Part shown: in pieces, positions 19,156 through 27,418 of the stretch
Position numbering within the stretch: the stretch's first letter is position 1
How the letters are laid out: each line of letters starts with the position of its first letter
Origin: an uncultured Haloferula sp.
GTDB taxonomy: Bacteria; Verrucomicrobiota; Verrucomicrobiia; Verrucomicrobiales; Akkermansiaceae
Reading direction: 5' to 3'
Assembly (NCBI GenBank): GCA_965652295.1
Contig: CBFGTS010000021.1
Location: forward strand, 1-60,781
DNA length: 60,781 nucleotides
Position numbers and translations under genes: made by a program
Notes under the pieces: generated by a model
Databases searched by the model: none
What the model was told of the DNA's origin: nothing
The model's input: the letters and a program-made list of their open reading frames with translations, nothing else

Positions 19156-19653
19156 GTGAACTTCGATTTTCTGCCTGCCACCGGCAAGACCGCCCCAGCA
19201 CGGCGAACCACCGGAACTCCCGTCCACGTTCTGGTTCTCCACAACCACATCCGCTTCGTGAGGATGGCGCGCAACTTCGTCGAATCCACCCTCACTCCGA
19301 TCGCCTCGATGCAGGACTACGAACTCAGCCTGCTGGCCGACGGAGGGAGTGCCGCAGCGCGCGACGGCGGGATGGGAAGCCGCTTCGACCCCGCTTCCTC
19401 CCACAGCGGGAGAAACACGCCACCCTCGCCCCTGACGACATTCTTCTGCGTGGGAATCGACTCCGAGGAGGATCTGCCGGCGATGTGGCGGGTGATGCTC
19501 TGGTCCATGATCACCCACAAGACCCCTGTCGGCGGCTCTCTCGTCTACTTTGACGACGGAGGGTCCAGGGCCGAGGAGCTCAAACGGTTCTTCGAAGACC
19601 TCGCCCTCATCTCAAAGCTCGACTACGTGACGGCCAACGGCCGGCCATGGTGA
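19156..19653 (+). CDS. Hypothetical protein
   Basis: 165 aa with host-like codon usage, divergent from the kinase, ends before a bidirectional terminator. Confidence 0.6.
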   Translation: MNFDFLPATGKTAPARRTTGTPVHVLVLHNHIRFVRMARNFVESTLTPIASMQDYELSLLADGGSAAARDGGMGSRFDPASSHSGRNTPPSPLTTFFCVGIDSEEDLPAMWRVMLWSMITHKTPVGGSLVYFDDGGSRAEELKRFFEDLALISKLDYVTANGRPW

Positions 19654-19680
19654 ACCCACTTGCTTCCCCCCTCCCCCCGT

Positions 19681-19720
19681 AAAAAAACGCCCGGCCGCAG
19701 ATCGCGACCGGGCGTTTTCT
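19681..19720. terminator. Bidirectional intrinsic terminator
   Basis: aaaaaaacgcccggccgc-agatc-gcgaccgggcgttttct between convergent genes. Confidence 0.85.
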
Positions 19721-19742
19721 TGAAAACTCCGGACTTCCGGAA

Positions 19743-20015
19743 TCAGGCACCCAGCTTGGGCTTGCCGGCGCGGCGCACCGAACCGAAGCGCTTCTGGAAT
19801 TTGTCGATGCGGCCTTCGGTGTCCACGAACTGCTTCTGCCCCGTGAAGAACGGGTGGGAGTCCGAGGTCACGCCCATCGAGATGACGTTGTATTCCACGC
19901 CGTCGATGGTCTCCTTTTTGTCGGAGGATTTGGTCGAGCGGCTGATGAAACGCGCGCCGGTGGTCATATCGACGAAGACGGCGGGCGCGTAGTTGGGATG
20001 CAGATCCTTTTTCAT
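19743..20015 (-). CDS. rpmE: 50S ribosomal protein L31, Zn-free type B
   Basis: MKKDLHPNY, VFVDMTTG, SDSHPFFTG, VDTEGRIDKFQKRF; no CxxC. Confidence 0.95.
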   Translation of the reverse strand: MKKDLHPNYAPAVFVDMTTGARFISRSTKSSDKKETIDGVEYNVISMGVTSDSHPFFTGQKQFVDTEGRIDKFQKRFGSVRRAGKPKLGA

Positions 20016-20058
20016 GGCAGGTAGGGATAACGCCACGTTCCAACGCAGCGGGGCGGGG

Positions 20059-20086
20059 AGAATGCACGCGAAGCGGATCGTGTCAA
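20059..20086 (-). promoter_or_regulatory. Putative sigma70 promoter of rpmE
   Basis: TTGACA-N16-CATTCT on the minus strand. Confidence 0.55.
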
Positions 20087-20311
20087 GGCAATGGGCAGCG
20101 CCCTGCACGTCTTCGAAATCAATCCAGGGAAATTGAACCGCAGATGAACGGGCATGAGGAGGGAGGTACAGTCAATTTGACTCTGGAGGAGGTCGGAATC
20201 CGGATCAGCCTTGAGGCCATTCCTTGCTCTCGGAGGTCGGCGTCGATCCTCTGAAAATCTGCGCCCAACGCGTGAATCCACTTCTCCAGCAAGTAGGCCC
20301 GCTCCACCAAC

Positions 20312-21028
20312 TCACGCGAGCTCCCGCACCAAGTCCCGGCCGCTGATCTCCGACAACAGTTCCAGCTCGGTGCGGAGGGTCATCCAGGCGGGCTCGCCCC
20401 CGGAGCAGGGCGTGCCACAAGGCGTGCACGAGCCGAAGCCGGGGTAGTCCGTCCCTTCCGCGGGGTCGGTGCCGGGCCGGGCCAAAGTGAGGACGGGTCG
20501 GCCGCCGCGGGCGCGCGGACGCAGGAGCAAGGGATGCATCCAACAGGAAACCGGCTTCCAGAACCACGGATGGCGACCTTCGTCCACGGCCAGCCGCTGG
20601 AGGACGCAACGATGCCGGTCATCGAGAAACACGCAGCGGGTCCGCGGAAAGTGGGCGGGGAAATCGTCCGCCAGCGCGGCATCCGGGGCCGCGACGGCGA
20701 CGGTCCGGTCCCGGCCGCGCACGGTTTCCAGAAACTCGTCCCGCTCCCATCCATAAGCACGCAGTGGGTTCCGGCGGCCTTCGATCAGATCCCGGATGAC
20801 CCCGCTTTCCTCGAGCTCGAGGTAGGCACCGTCGTGGCAACAGGTCGCGCGGCAGGCGGAGAGCTCGCAGACCCGGAGCGGAAGCGCGAGCCCCGCATGG
20901 TCGAGTTCAGCCTCGCGGATCTGGCGGGCCAGTTCGCGTTCGAGGCCGGGATAAGCAGTGGGTCCGGTCATGGTGGGCTCCAAAATCAGGGCGGTCGCAG
21001 GAACCTCCCGCTGCATGGCGACGGTCAC
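20312..21028 (-). CDS. Cys-rich DUF3109/YkgJ-like protein
   Basis: CELSACRATCCHDG, RCVFLD...CVLQ, KPVSCWMHPL. Confidence 0.7.
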   Translation of the reverse strand: MTVAMQREVPATALILEPTMTGPTAYPGLERELARQIREAELDHAGLALPLRVCELSACRATCCHDGAYLELEESGVIRDLIEGRRNPLRAYGWERDEFLETVRGRDRTVAVAAPDAALADDFPAHFPRTRCVFLDDRHRCVLQRLAVDEGRHPWFWKPVSCWMHPLLLRPRARGGRPVLTLARPGTDPAEGTDYPGFGSCTPCGTPCSGGEPAWMTLRTELELLSEISGRDLVRELA

Positions 21029-21087
21029 GCCCGGACTTCCGCAGGACAGGCTGCGTCACGGGGAGCCCCGGCGTAAAGCACCGCCTT

Positions 21088-22320
21088 TCACGGAGCCCAG
21101 CAGAGACCGGCGATGGCGGCGCTCATGAGGTTCGAGAAGGTTCCCGCCATCACCGCCAGCAGGCCGAGGCGCGCGATCTCCGCCCGCCTCGCCGGAGCCA
21201 TCCCACCGAGACCGCCGAGCAGGATCGCGATCGAGGAAAAATTCGCGAAGCCGCAGAGGGCCACCGTCACAATCGCCCGCGTCCGGCCGCTCATCGCCTC
21301 CCGCCATTCGGCGAACTGGACGTAAGCGACGAACTCGTTGAGGACGAGCTTCTGACCGATCAACGAGCCTCCTTGGCCCGCCTCTCGCCACGGAATGCCG
21401 ATCAGCCACGCCACCGGCGAAAACACCCACCCGAGGAACGCCTCCAGGCTCCAGCCCTCCTGCCCGAACCAGCCACCGACGCCGCCCAGCATCAGGTTGA
21501 GCAGCGCGATGAGCCCGATGAAGGCGAGCAACATCGCCCCCACGTTGAGCGCGAGCTTCATGCCCTCCGACGCGCCCGCCGCGGCCGCATCGAAGACGTT
21601 CGCCGGCCGCTCCTCGCTCCAGTCCAGCGTCACCTCCTCCGGCTGTCCGGTTTCCGGCACCAGGAGCTTGGCGAAGAGCAGCCCGCCCGGCGCGGCCATG
21701 AACGACCCCGCCAGCAGGTGTTTCAGCTCCGCTCCGAGCCCCGCATAACCCGCCAGCACCGAGCCCGCCACGCTCGCCAAACCTCCGCACATCACCGCAA
21801 ACAGCTCCGAGCGGGTCATCCGGCTGATGTAAGGTTTCACCACCAGCGGGGCTTCCGTCTGACCCACGAAAATGTTCGCCGCCGCGCTCAGCGACTCCGC
21901 CCGGCTGGTGCCGAGGAGTTTCCGCAAGCCTCCGCCCAGCACCGCGATCACCGCCTGCATGATCCGCAGATGGTAGAGCACCGCGATCAGCGAGGAGAAA
22001 AAGATGATCACCGGCAGCACCCGGAAGGCGAAGATGAAACCAAGCCCCTCGCCTGTGGCCAGCGGGCCGAAGAGAAACGCGATCCCCTGCTGTCCCCCCG
22101 CGATCACCGTCGCCACCCGATCCGACAGCCACTCCAGCGTCGTCCGTCCCCATGGCACGCGGAAAACCATCACCCCGATCGCCAGCTGCAGCGCGAACGC
22201 CAGCCCCACCGTCCGCCAGCGGATCGAACCCCGGGCCCGCGACGCCGCCCACGCAACCCCTAACAGCATCAGAATCCCCAGAACGGCCATGATGACGCGG
22301 TCTAGCGGATCCCGGGCCAT
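21088..22320 (-). CDS. NupC/CNT-family nucleoside transporter
   Basis: [48 protein letters not shown]. Confidence 0.94.
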   Translation of the reverse strand: MARDPLDRVIMAVLGILMLLGVAWAASRARGSIRWRTVGLAFALQLAIGVMVFRVPWGRTTLEWLSDRVATVIAGGQQGIAFLFGPLATGEGLGFIFAFRVLPVIIFFSSLIAVLYHLRIMQAVIAVLGGGLRKLLGTSRAESLSAAANIFVGQTEAPLVVKPYISRMTRSELFAVMCGGLASVAGSVLAGYAGLGAELKHLLAGSFMAAPGGLLFAKLLVPETGQPEEVTLDWSEERPANVFDAAAAGASEGMKLALNVGAMLLAFIGLIALLNLMLGGVGGWFGQEGWSLEAFLGWVFSPVAWLIGIPWREAGQGGSLIGQKLVLNEFVAYVQFAEWREAMSGRTRAIVTVALCGFANFSSIAILLGGLGGMAPARRAEIARLGLLAVMAGTFSNLMSAAIAGLCWAP

Positions 22321-22371
22321 CCCGCCAGAATCGAGTTTCCCTGCACACGTCCTGCGCGTCATCGTCGCCAC

Positions 22372-23034
22372 GTGATCCGCGCCCTGCTCCTCGACGCCGC
22401 CGGCACGCTCATCGAGCTCGCCGAGCCGGTCGGTTCCACCTACGCCCGGATCCTCCGCGGGCATGGCATCGATCTCGCACCGGCCGATCTCGAGCAGGGA
22501 TTCCGCCGCGCCTTCGCCACCCTGCCGGAGCCGGATTTCACCGCCACCCCGGAAGGCGACGCCGCCGAGCGGGCATGGTGGCGTCAGCTCGTGAACGCCG
22601 CCGCGCGTCAAACGATCGCTGCGGAGGCCTTCGATGCGCTCTTCCGGCACTACGCCCGACCCGAGGCGTGGCGGGTTTTTCCCGAGGTCCCGCAGGTTCT
22701 GGAATCCGCCCACGCCGCCGGCCTGAAGCTCGCCGTCGTCTCCAATTTCGACCTGCGCCTCCACGGCATCCTCTCCGGTCTCGGACTCGCGTCCTCCTTC
22801 GATGCCATCATTTCCTCCGCCGACGCCCGTGCGCGAAAGCCCGCGCCCGCCATCTTCCACCACGCGCTCGACCGGCTCGGCGTCGGACCCGAAGAAGCGC
22901 TCCACGCCGGCGACTCCGTCCCGCTCGACTTCGAGGCCGCCACCGCCGCCGGTCTCCGCGCCGTCCACATTGACCGCCCTCGCACCACCCTCCGTGTTCT
23001 CCTTCCCCATCTGCCCACCGCCCCGCGTTCGTAG
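22372..23034 (+). CDS. HAD-IA family hydrolase
   Basis: [27 protein letters not shown]...D; GTG start. Confidence 0.9.
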   Translation: MIRALLLDAAGTLIELAEPVGSTYARILRGHGIDLAPADLEQGFRRAFATLPEPDFTATPEGDAAERAWWRQLVNAAARQTIAAEAFDALFRHYARPEAWRVFPEVPQVLESAHAAGLKLAVVSNFDLRLHGILSGLGLASSFDAIISSADARARKPAPAIFHHALDRLGVGPEEALHAGDSVPLDFEAATAAGLRAVHIDRPRTTLRVLLPHLPTAPRS

Positions 23035-23140
23035 TGCGGCCTTCGACCGGCTCCCTCTCCGAATTCCGTCAGACAAAAAAGGTTTGCCAAACCTCGTCTG
23101 CCTCCCTACCCCCTCGGCCCCGCCCTTGCGGCCGGCCAAA

Positions 23141-23213
23141 GCGCGGATAGCTCAGTTGGTAGAGCACTCGGCTTTTAACCGATTGGTCCCGGGTTCGAGT
23201 CCCGGTCCGCGTA
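23141..23213 (+). tRNA. tRNA-Lys(UUU), CCA not encoded
   Basis: GCGCGGA/TCCGCGT acceptor stem, GCTC/GAGC D-arm, CTTTTAA anticodon loop, CCGGG-TTCGAGT-CCCGG T-arm. Confidence 0.96.
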
Positions 23214-23720
23214 CTTCCTCTCTTTGGAGGCAGGAAGCTTCCAGCCCAGGGTGCCTCACCCTTATGGACCGGGACTTGAACCCGGGAAGGGTTCGAATGC
23301 GGCCGTCGTCCGTGACGACGATCACTCCCACAAGCGCAGCGAGCCAAACTGGCATGGACGGAGCGAAGCGGAGTCAACCCCGGTCCGCGTACTTTCTCTC
23401 TTTGGAAGCGAGAAGCTTCCATGCCGCCTCGCCTTGCCCTCGTGGACCGGGAGGAGAAGCCGGAAGGGTTTGAATGCTCTCCGTCGTCCATGACGACGAT
23501 TCCTTCCTCGCGAGCGGAGCGAGCCAAACCGGCATGGACGCAGCGCAGCGGAGTCAATCCCGGTCCGCGTACTTTCTCTTTTTGAGAGTTCGAACCTTCC
23601 AGCACAGGCCGTCTCACCCTTATGAACCGGGACGAGAATGCTCTCCGACCCTCGTTGAGGGCGATTCCGACTATCCGAACGAAGTAAGGCTGATCCGCGT
23701 GGACGAAGCGCAGCGGAGTC
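23201..23720 (+). repeat. tRNA-linked tandem repeat, about 3 units of 178-180 bp
   Basis: cccggtccgcgtactt at 23201, 23379 and 23559; shared internal blocks; each unit ends in gcg(a/c)agcggagtc. Confidence 0.9.
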
Positions 23721-23911
23721 CCCCCCGAAAAGCGGCGAATCCGACCAAACCCCTCCCCTGCTTTCTGCGTCGCAAAAAAAGTCTCCGATTCTGAAAACCA
23801 GCCCGGAAAGCTTCGATTGAGAGAATATAAGCAAGTCCGTTTGAGATTTTCAGAGTGATCGGTCGGGGGACCGGTTCTCGGATTCAGGTGAAAGCCGATC
23901 TTGCGGACCGC

Positions 23912-24070
23912 AAAAACAAGAGCGCGCGATTCCGGGGGGACTCGCGCGCTCTGTTTTTCCGCCCGGAGGGAAAGGAACGGCCCCGCTCTCTGGGGGGAGA
24001 TGCGGGGCCTTTCGGGGGAAGCCGGTTGGGGGGAACCGGTGGTGTGTGGGGGGATGAGCTTCCTTTGCTC
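23912..24070 (-). ncRNA. Candidate sRNA with three C-loop hairpins and an intrinsic terminator (module A)
   Basis: Minus strand ACCGGTT-C6-AACCGG, GGCCCCGC(A)TCTC-CCCCCA-GAGAGCGGGGCC, AGAGCGCGCGA-GTCCCCCCGGAA-TCGCGCGCTCT-TGTTTTT; TTGCGG-N16-GAATCT upstream (24104-24077). Confidence 0.55.
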
Positions 24071-24221
24071 GCCCGTAGATTCGCACGATTTCGGCCCGCC
24101 GCAATTCCCTCAGTTGGAGGGGTAGGCTCCGGTTCCCGGAAAATAGGTCGGCATGACCGGCGGTTTGTACGGACACCCCGGAAATCGGGCACCCGTCCTT
24201 TCAACCTGAAGGTGCCTCCGC

Positions 24222-24281
24222 CCTCGCCCACCTGGGGGGCGGTGGACGAGGATCGAGACACACCGGCTGGGGGGGAACCGG
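24222..24281 (-). ncRNA. Candidate structured RNA with two C-loop hairpins (module B)
   Basis: Minus strand CCGGTT-C7-AGCCGG and CCTCGTCCACC-GCCCCCCA-GGTGGGCGAGG; both pair fully (G-U) only on the minus strand. Confidence 0.45.
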
Positions 24282-24544
24282 GCCTCTGAGCTCACACACG
24301 CGCTCAGCGGCTGAGACCCATTCTCGACAAGCCCGCCCAACTAACAACTACGTCATCTGGGATACGCCTTCATGGACACGGGTTCGCGAGCACCCCGAAC
24401 CGCGTGCTCAAGCGCCGATGCCGCTCCCTACTCACGAACGACGATGGGAATGTCCGGCACCGGTCGGCACCCGCACGACGAGCGACGGCCACCCTGCGCG
24501 ATTGCGTATTCGAAATTTGCGGACAAGCCGACGAGGTCCCGCTA

Positions 24545-24648
24545 TCTCCCGCCCCACATCCGACCCCCATCGGATATCCCCCCCACCCCCCATCGACCCC
24601 GATTCTCTCGCATCCCCCATGCAACAGAGGCTCGGGGTCGATTCTTTT
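24545..24648 (+). ncRNA. Candidate sRNA with two C-loop hairpins and a U tail (module C)
   Basis: ATCCGA-CCCCCA-TCGGAT; ATCGACCCCGA...GCAT-CCCCC-ATGC...TCGGGGTCGAT-TCTTTT. Confidence 0.45.
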
Positions 24649-24794
24649 CAGCCCCAAGACCTCCGTCCGTCGCTCTACGTCGCCTCCACCAGCTGATTCG
24701 CGGACCTGAGGACAACCCCGGGGCCGCCGCTGACCAGAACACGTGTTTCTCCTGGCGTCACGTTAGCAGGTGGCACCGACGGCCGCTCCTTTCT

Positions 24795-25367
24795 TTACAA
24801 CCTCGACCTTCTCCCGATGACCAGAGCCATCGACGCGAGAAACAGCACCGAACATCCCGTTTCCGGGACGACGATGGTCGTGATCGTGCCGAAGGCTGGA
24901 TTGGATTCGACGTAGGTCCCGGGAACGAAATGCTCGAAGCTGATCGAGAGCGTCGAAGTTTCGCCTTCGGTGAGATCGAATCGATAGGAGTCCCCGGGCG
25001 GCATATTGATCGGATCGGCGAGTTCCAATCCCGGGATCCAGAGACCCGCCGAGCTGTCGAGGACGAAGCTGAAAGCGACGATGTCCGAGCTTCCCGCCCC
25101 GCCGATTTCCGTGAGGACGCCCAGGGGTTGAGCGAACGACTCGACAAACCCCACCACGGCGACGTTCTGCGTGAATGCCGAGGAAGAGAGCGTGATGTTC
25201 GACATGACGCCGGTCGTGACGGCGTTGAGGAAAATCGACGGATTGTCGGCCTCCTGGCTCACCGAGAACCTCGTTCCCGCACCGTCGGGCTGAACGGTGA
25301 TGGTGATCGCAGCCTGCGACAGGGTCGTGGCGGCGATCAGAGCAAAAAGAGAGCAGGCGAGTTTCAT
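24795..25367 (-). CDS. PEP-CTERM-type surface protein
   Basis: Signal peptide (..LSQA-AITI); C-terminal VPET + hydrophobic helix + GRRSRL. Confidence 0.75.
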   Translation of the reverse strand: MKLACSLFALIAATTLSQAAITITVQPDGAGTRFSVSQEADNPSIFLNAVTTGVMSNITLSSSAFTQNVAVVGFVESFAQPLGVLTEIGGAGSSDIVAFSFVLDSSAGLWIPGLELADPINMPPGDSYRFDLTEGETSTLSISFEHFVPGTYVESNPAFGTITTIVVPETGCSVLFLASMALVIGRRSRL

Positions 25368-25527
25368 CCTGCCTGCTTCAAGCAGGTTCCCTCCGCGGCA
25401 TCAAGCCGGGTTCGGTGAGTTTTCCGGCACCCGATGACACGCCGCCCGCCTGACACGGACGATCCCACCGGCCGGGAGGCGCATTTTGAAGTTTGATCTT
25501 TCGCGTCGCGCCCTTTGCACTCCGGGC

Positions 25528-26301
25528 GTGATCCACCCTACGGCGATCGTTTCCGAAACGGCCGAGCTCGGCGAAAACGTCCACATCGGCCCGTTCTGCG
25601 TGGTCGGCGAAAACGTCCGCCTCGGCGATGGCTGCAAGCTCCACTCCCACGTGGTCATCGAGGGCATTTCGACCATCGGCCGCGACAACGAGTTCTTCCC
25701 TTTCGCCGCGATCGGCGGGAAAACCCAGGACCTCAAGTATGCCGGCGAGCCGACGGCGCTGGTCATCGGCGACCGCAACGTGTTCCGCGAAAACACCACC
25801 GTCCACCGTGGCACCTTCGACCACACGCCCACCCGGATCGGCAACGACAACCTGTTCCTCTGCTACGCCCACATCGCCCACGAATGCCAGGTGGGAAGCC
25901 ACGTGATCCTCTCCAACAACGGCACTCTCGCCGGGCACGTGACGGTCGAGGACCACGCGATCATTTCCGGCCTCTCGGCCATCCACCAGTTCTGCCGCGT
26001 CGGCTGCCATGCGATCGTCGGCGGCTGCTCGCGCATCGTCCAGGACATCGCGCCCTACACGGTGGTCGAGGGCAATCCGGCCACGACGCGCGCAATCAAC
26101 CAGGTCGGCTTGTCGCGCCGCGGCTTCACCGAGGACGACCTCAAGGCGCTGCGCACCGCGTACAAGCGGCTGTTCCTTAAAAAAGACGCCAACCTCGGCC
26201 TCGCGCTCTCCGGGCTGAAGGCGGAGTCGGCCGCGAACAACCCGCACGTGAAACACCTCGTGGCCTTCATCGAGGCCTCCCAGCGGGGCGTGACGCGGTG
26301 A
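25528..26301 (+). CDS. lpxA: UDP-N-acetylglucosamine O-acyltransferase
   Basis: IHPTAIV, hexapeptide repeats, QDLKYAGE, HIAHEC, LAGHV, IHQFCRVG; GTG 25528. Confidence 0.96.
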   Translation: MIHPTAIVSETAELGENVHIGPFCVVGENVRLGDGCKLHSHVVIEGISTIGRDNEFFPFAAIGGKTQDLKYAGEPTALVIGDRNVFRENTTVHRGTFDHTPTRIGNDNLFLCYAHIAHECQVGSHVILSNNGTLAGHVTVEDHAIISGLSAIHQFCRVGCHAIVGGCSRIVQDIAPYTVVEGNPATTRAINQVGLSRRGFTEDDLKALRTAYKRLFLKKDANLGLALSGLKAESAANNPHVKHLVAFIEASQRGVTR

Positions 26302-26343
26302 CATGGAGCGCCGATTATGAAATCGGCTTCTTAAGAGGCGCTC

Positions 26344-27336
26344 CTAAAGCCCCAGTTCCCTCTCGATCGCGCCGTAGTAGCCGGCGTAGAAGGCGAGGAT
26401 TTTCCAGACCACAAAGGCGACAATGAGGGCGTAGCCGATCTTCGGCAGGACGAGGGTCAGGCGCTTGACCCGGTCGGCGGCATCGGCCGCGAAATGTTTG
26501 GCCCAGCGGTCCATGTCCGCATCGAGCGTGCCGGATTCCTCCGCCGTGGCATACGAGCGGGCGAAGGCTTTCGGAAACACCGGCTCGCCCGCCATCACGG
26601 GACCGACCGCGCCGCCTTCCTTGACGACCGACGCGATCCGCGCCGAGGCCGCTCCAACCCGGCCGCTCTGCGAAGCTTCGCCGGCCATGCGGACGGTTTC
26701 CCGCATCGGCAACCCCGCCAGCAAGCCTGCGTGGAACACCCGCGCGAACCTCGCCAATGCCAGCGCCGCACGGGCCTTGCCCACCACCGGGATCGCCCCG
26801 AGACGGCGGTCGATGGCTTCGCTCTCCGGAGCTTTGGAAATCATCCACCTCACCCACCCGTAGCCGACGGCGATCAGGGCGTAGGTGACGGCGAGGCCGA
26901 TGAAAAAGCGCACGATCATGACGCCGGGCTGGAAGCCGTGGATGGCGATATCCGTCGGCAAGGCCGCGAGCATGAGGCCGAGGTGAAGCAGCACGAGCGG
27001 GTAGATCATCGCCGTCCAGGCCTGCCGCCGCGCCTCGGCGATCATGCCGAAATAGTCCGCGAGGTGAGCGAAGGCGGGCTCCGGCTTGCCGCTTTTTTCC
27101 CCGGCCTCCACCAGCATTTGCTCCAGCTCTGAAACCCCGGCCGCCGCGAAGGACCCGCCGATGCTCTTTCCTTGGTCAAGGCCTTCGAGGATCGAGTCGA
27201 GGAGGCTTCGCTCCGCGGCCGGCACGCCGGATTCGATCATCGCCCGCGCGGCCTCGCGGACGCCGAAGCCCGCACCCGTCAGCTTCCCCAGCTCGGTGTA
27301 GAACAGCTCCTTGCGCTTCGGCGACAGCCCGGTCAT
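26344..27336 (-). CDS. Type II secretion F / PilC-family platform protein
   Basis: Two T2SSF repeats (AGEKSGK, MIYPLVLL, AEESGTLD, LPKI); start uncertain. Confidence 0.85.
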   Translation of the reverse strand: MTGLSPKRKELFYTELGKLTGAGFGVREAARAMIESGVPAAERSLLDSILEGLDQGKSIGGSFAAAGVSELEQMLVEAGEKSGKPEPAFAHLADYFGMIAEARRQAWTAMIYPLVLLHLGLMLAALPTDIAIHGFQPGVMIVRFFIGLAVTYALIAVGYGWVRWMISKAPESEAIDRRLGAIPVVGKARAALALARFARVFHAGLLAGLPMRETVRMAGEASQSGRVGAASARIASVVKEGGAVGPVMAGEPVFPKAFARSYATAEESGTLDADMDRWAKHFAADAADRVKRLTLVLPKIGYALIVAFVVWKILAFYAGYYGAIERELGL

Positions 27337-27418
27337 CGACCGCAAGCTAACCCGCCGCAGACGTTTCGGCGAGTGTTCCATTTGCCATTCGCCGGGGGCA
27401 TGCTAACAGACAAGGACC

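Noticed and set aside
22321..23139. N-terminal extension of the 683-aa NupC ORF
   Set aside because: Antisense to the HAD hydrolase; transporter similarity starts near 22320.
23201..23720. CRISPR interpretation of the repeats
   Set aside because: Period is ~180 bp, the intervening parts are homologous rather than unique spacers, and no cas genes are present.
23934..24053. G-quadruplex on the plus strand
   Set aside because: Most G runs sit in hairpin loops, G-U pairing in the sister modules favours the C strand, and polarity flips in module C. Not excluded at the DNA level.
23850..24742. Short ORFs in the C-loop region
   Set aside because: Overlapping P/G/R-rich translations of homopolymer runs without host codon bias.
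23201..25400. Prophage or integrative island at tRNA-Lys
   Set aside because: No integrase or phage genes, and I saw no distant att copy; the tRNA-end copies are tandem.
26344..27336. Type II secretion or pilus locus
   Set aside because: Only the single F-family gene is present; no ATPase, secretin or pilins nearby.
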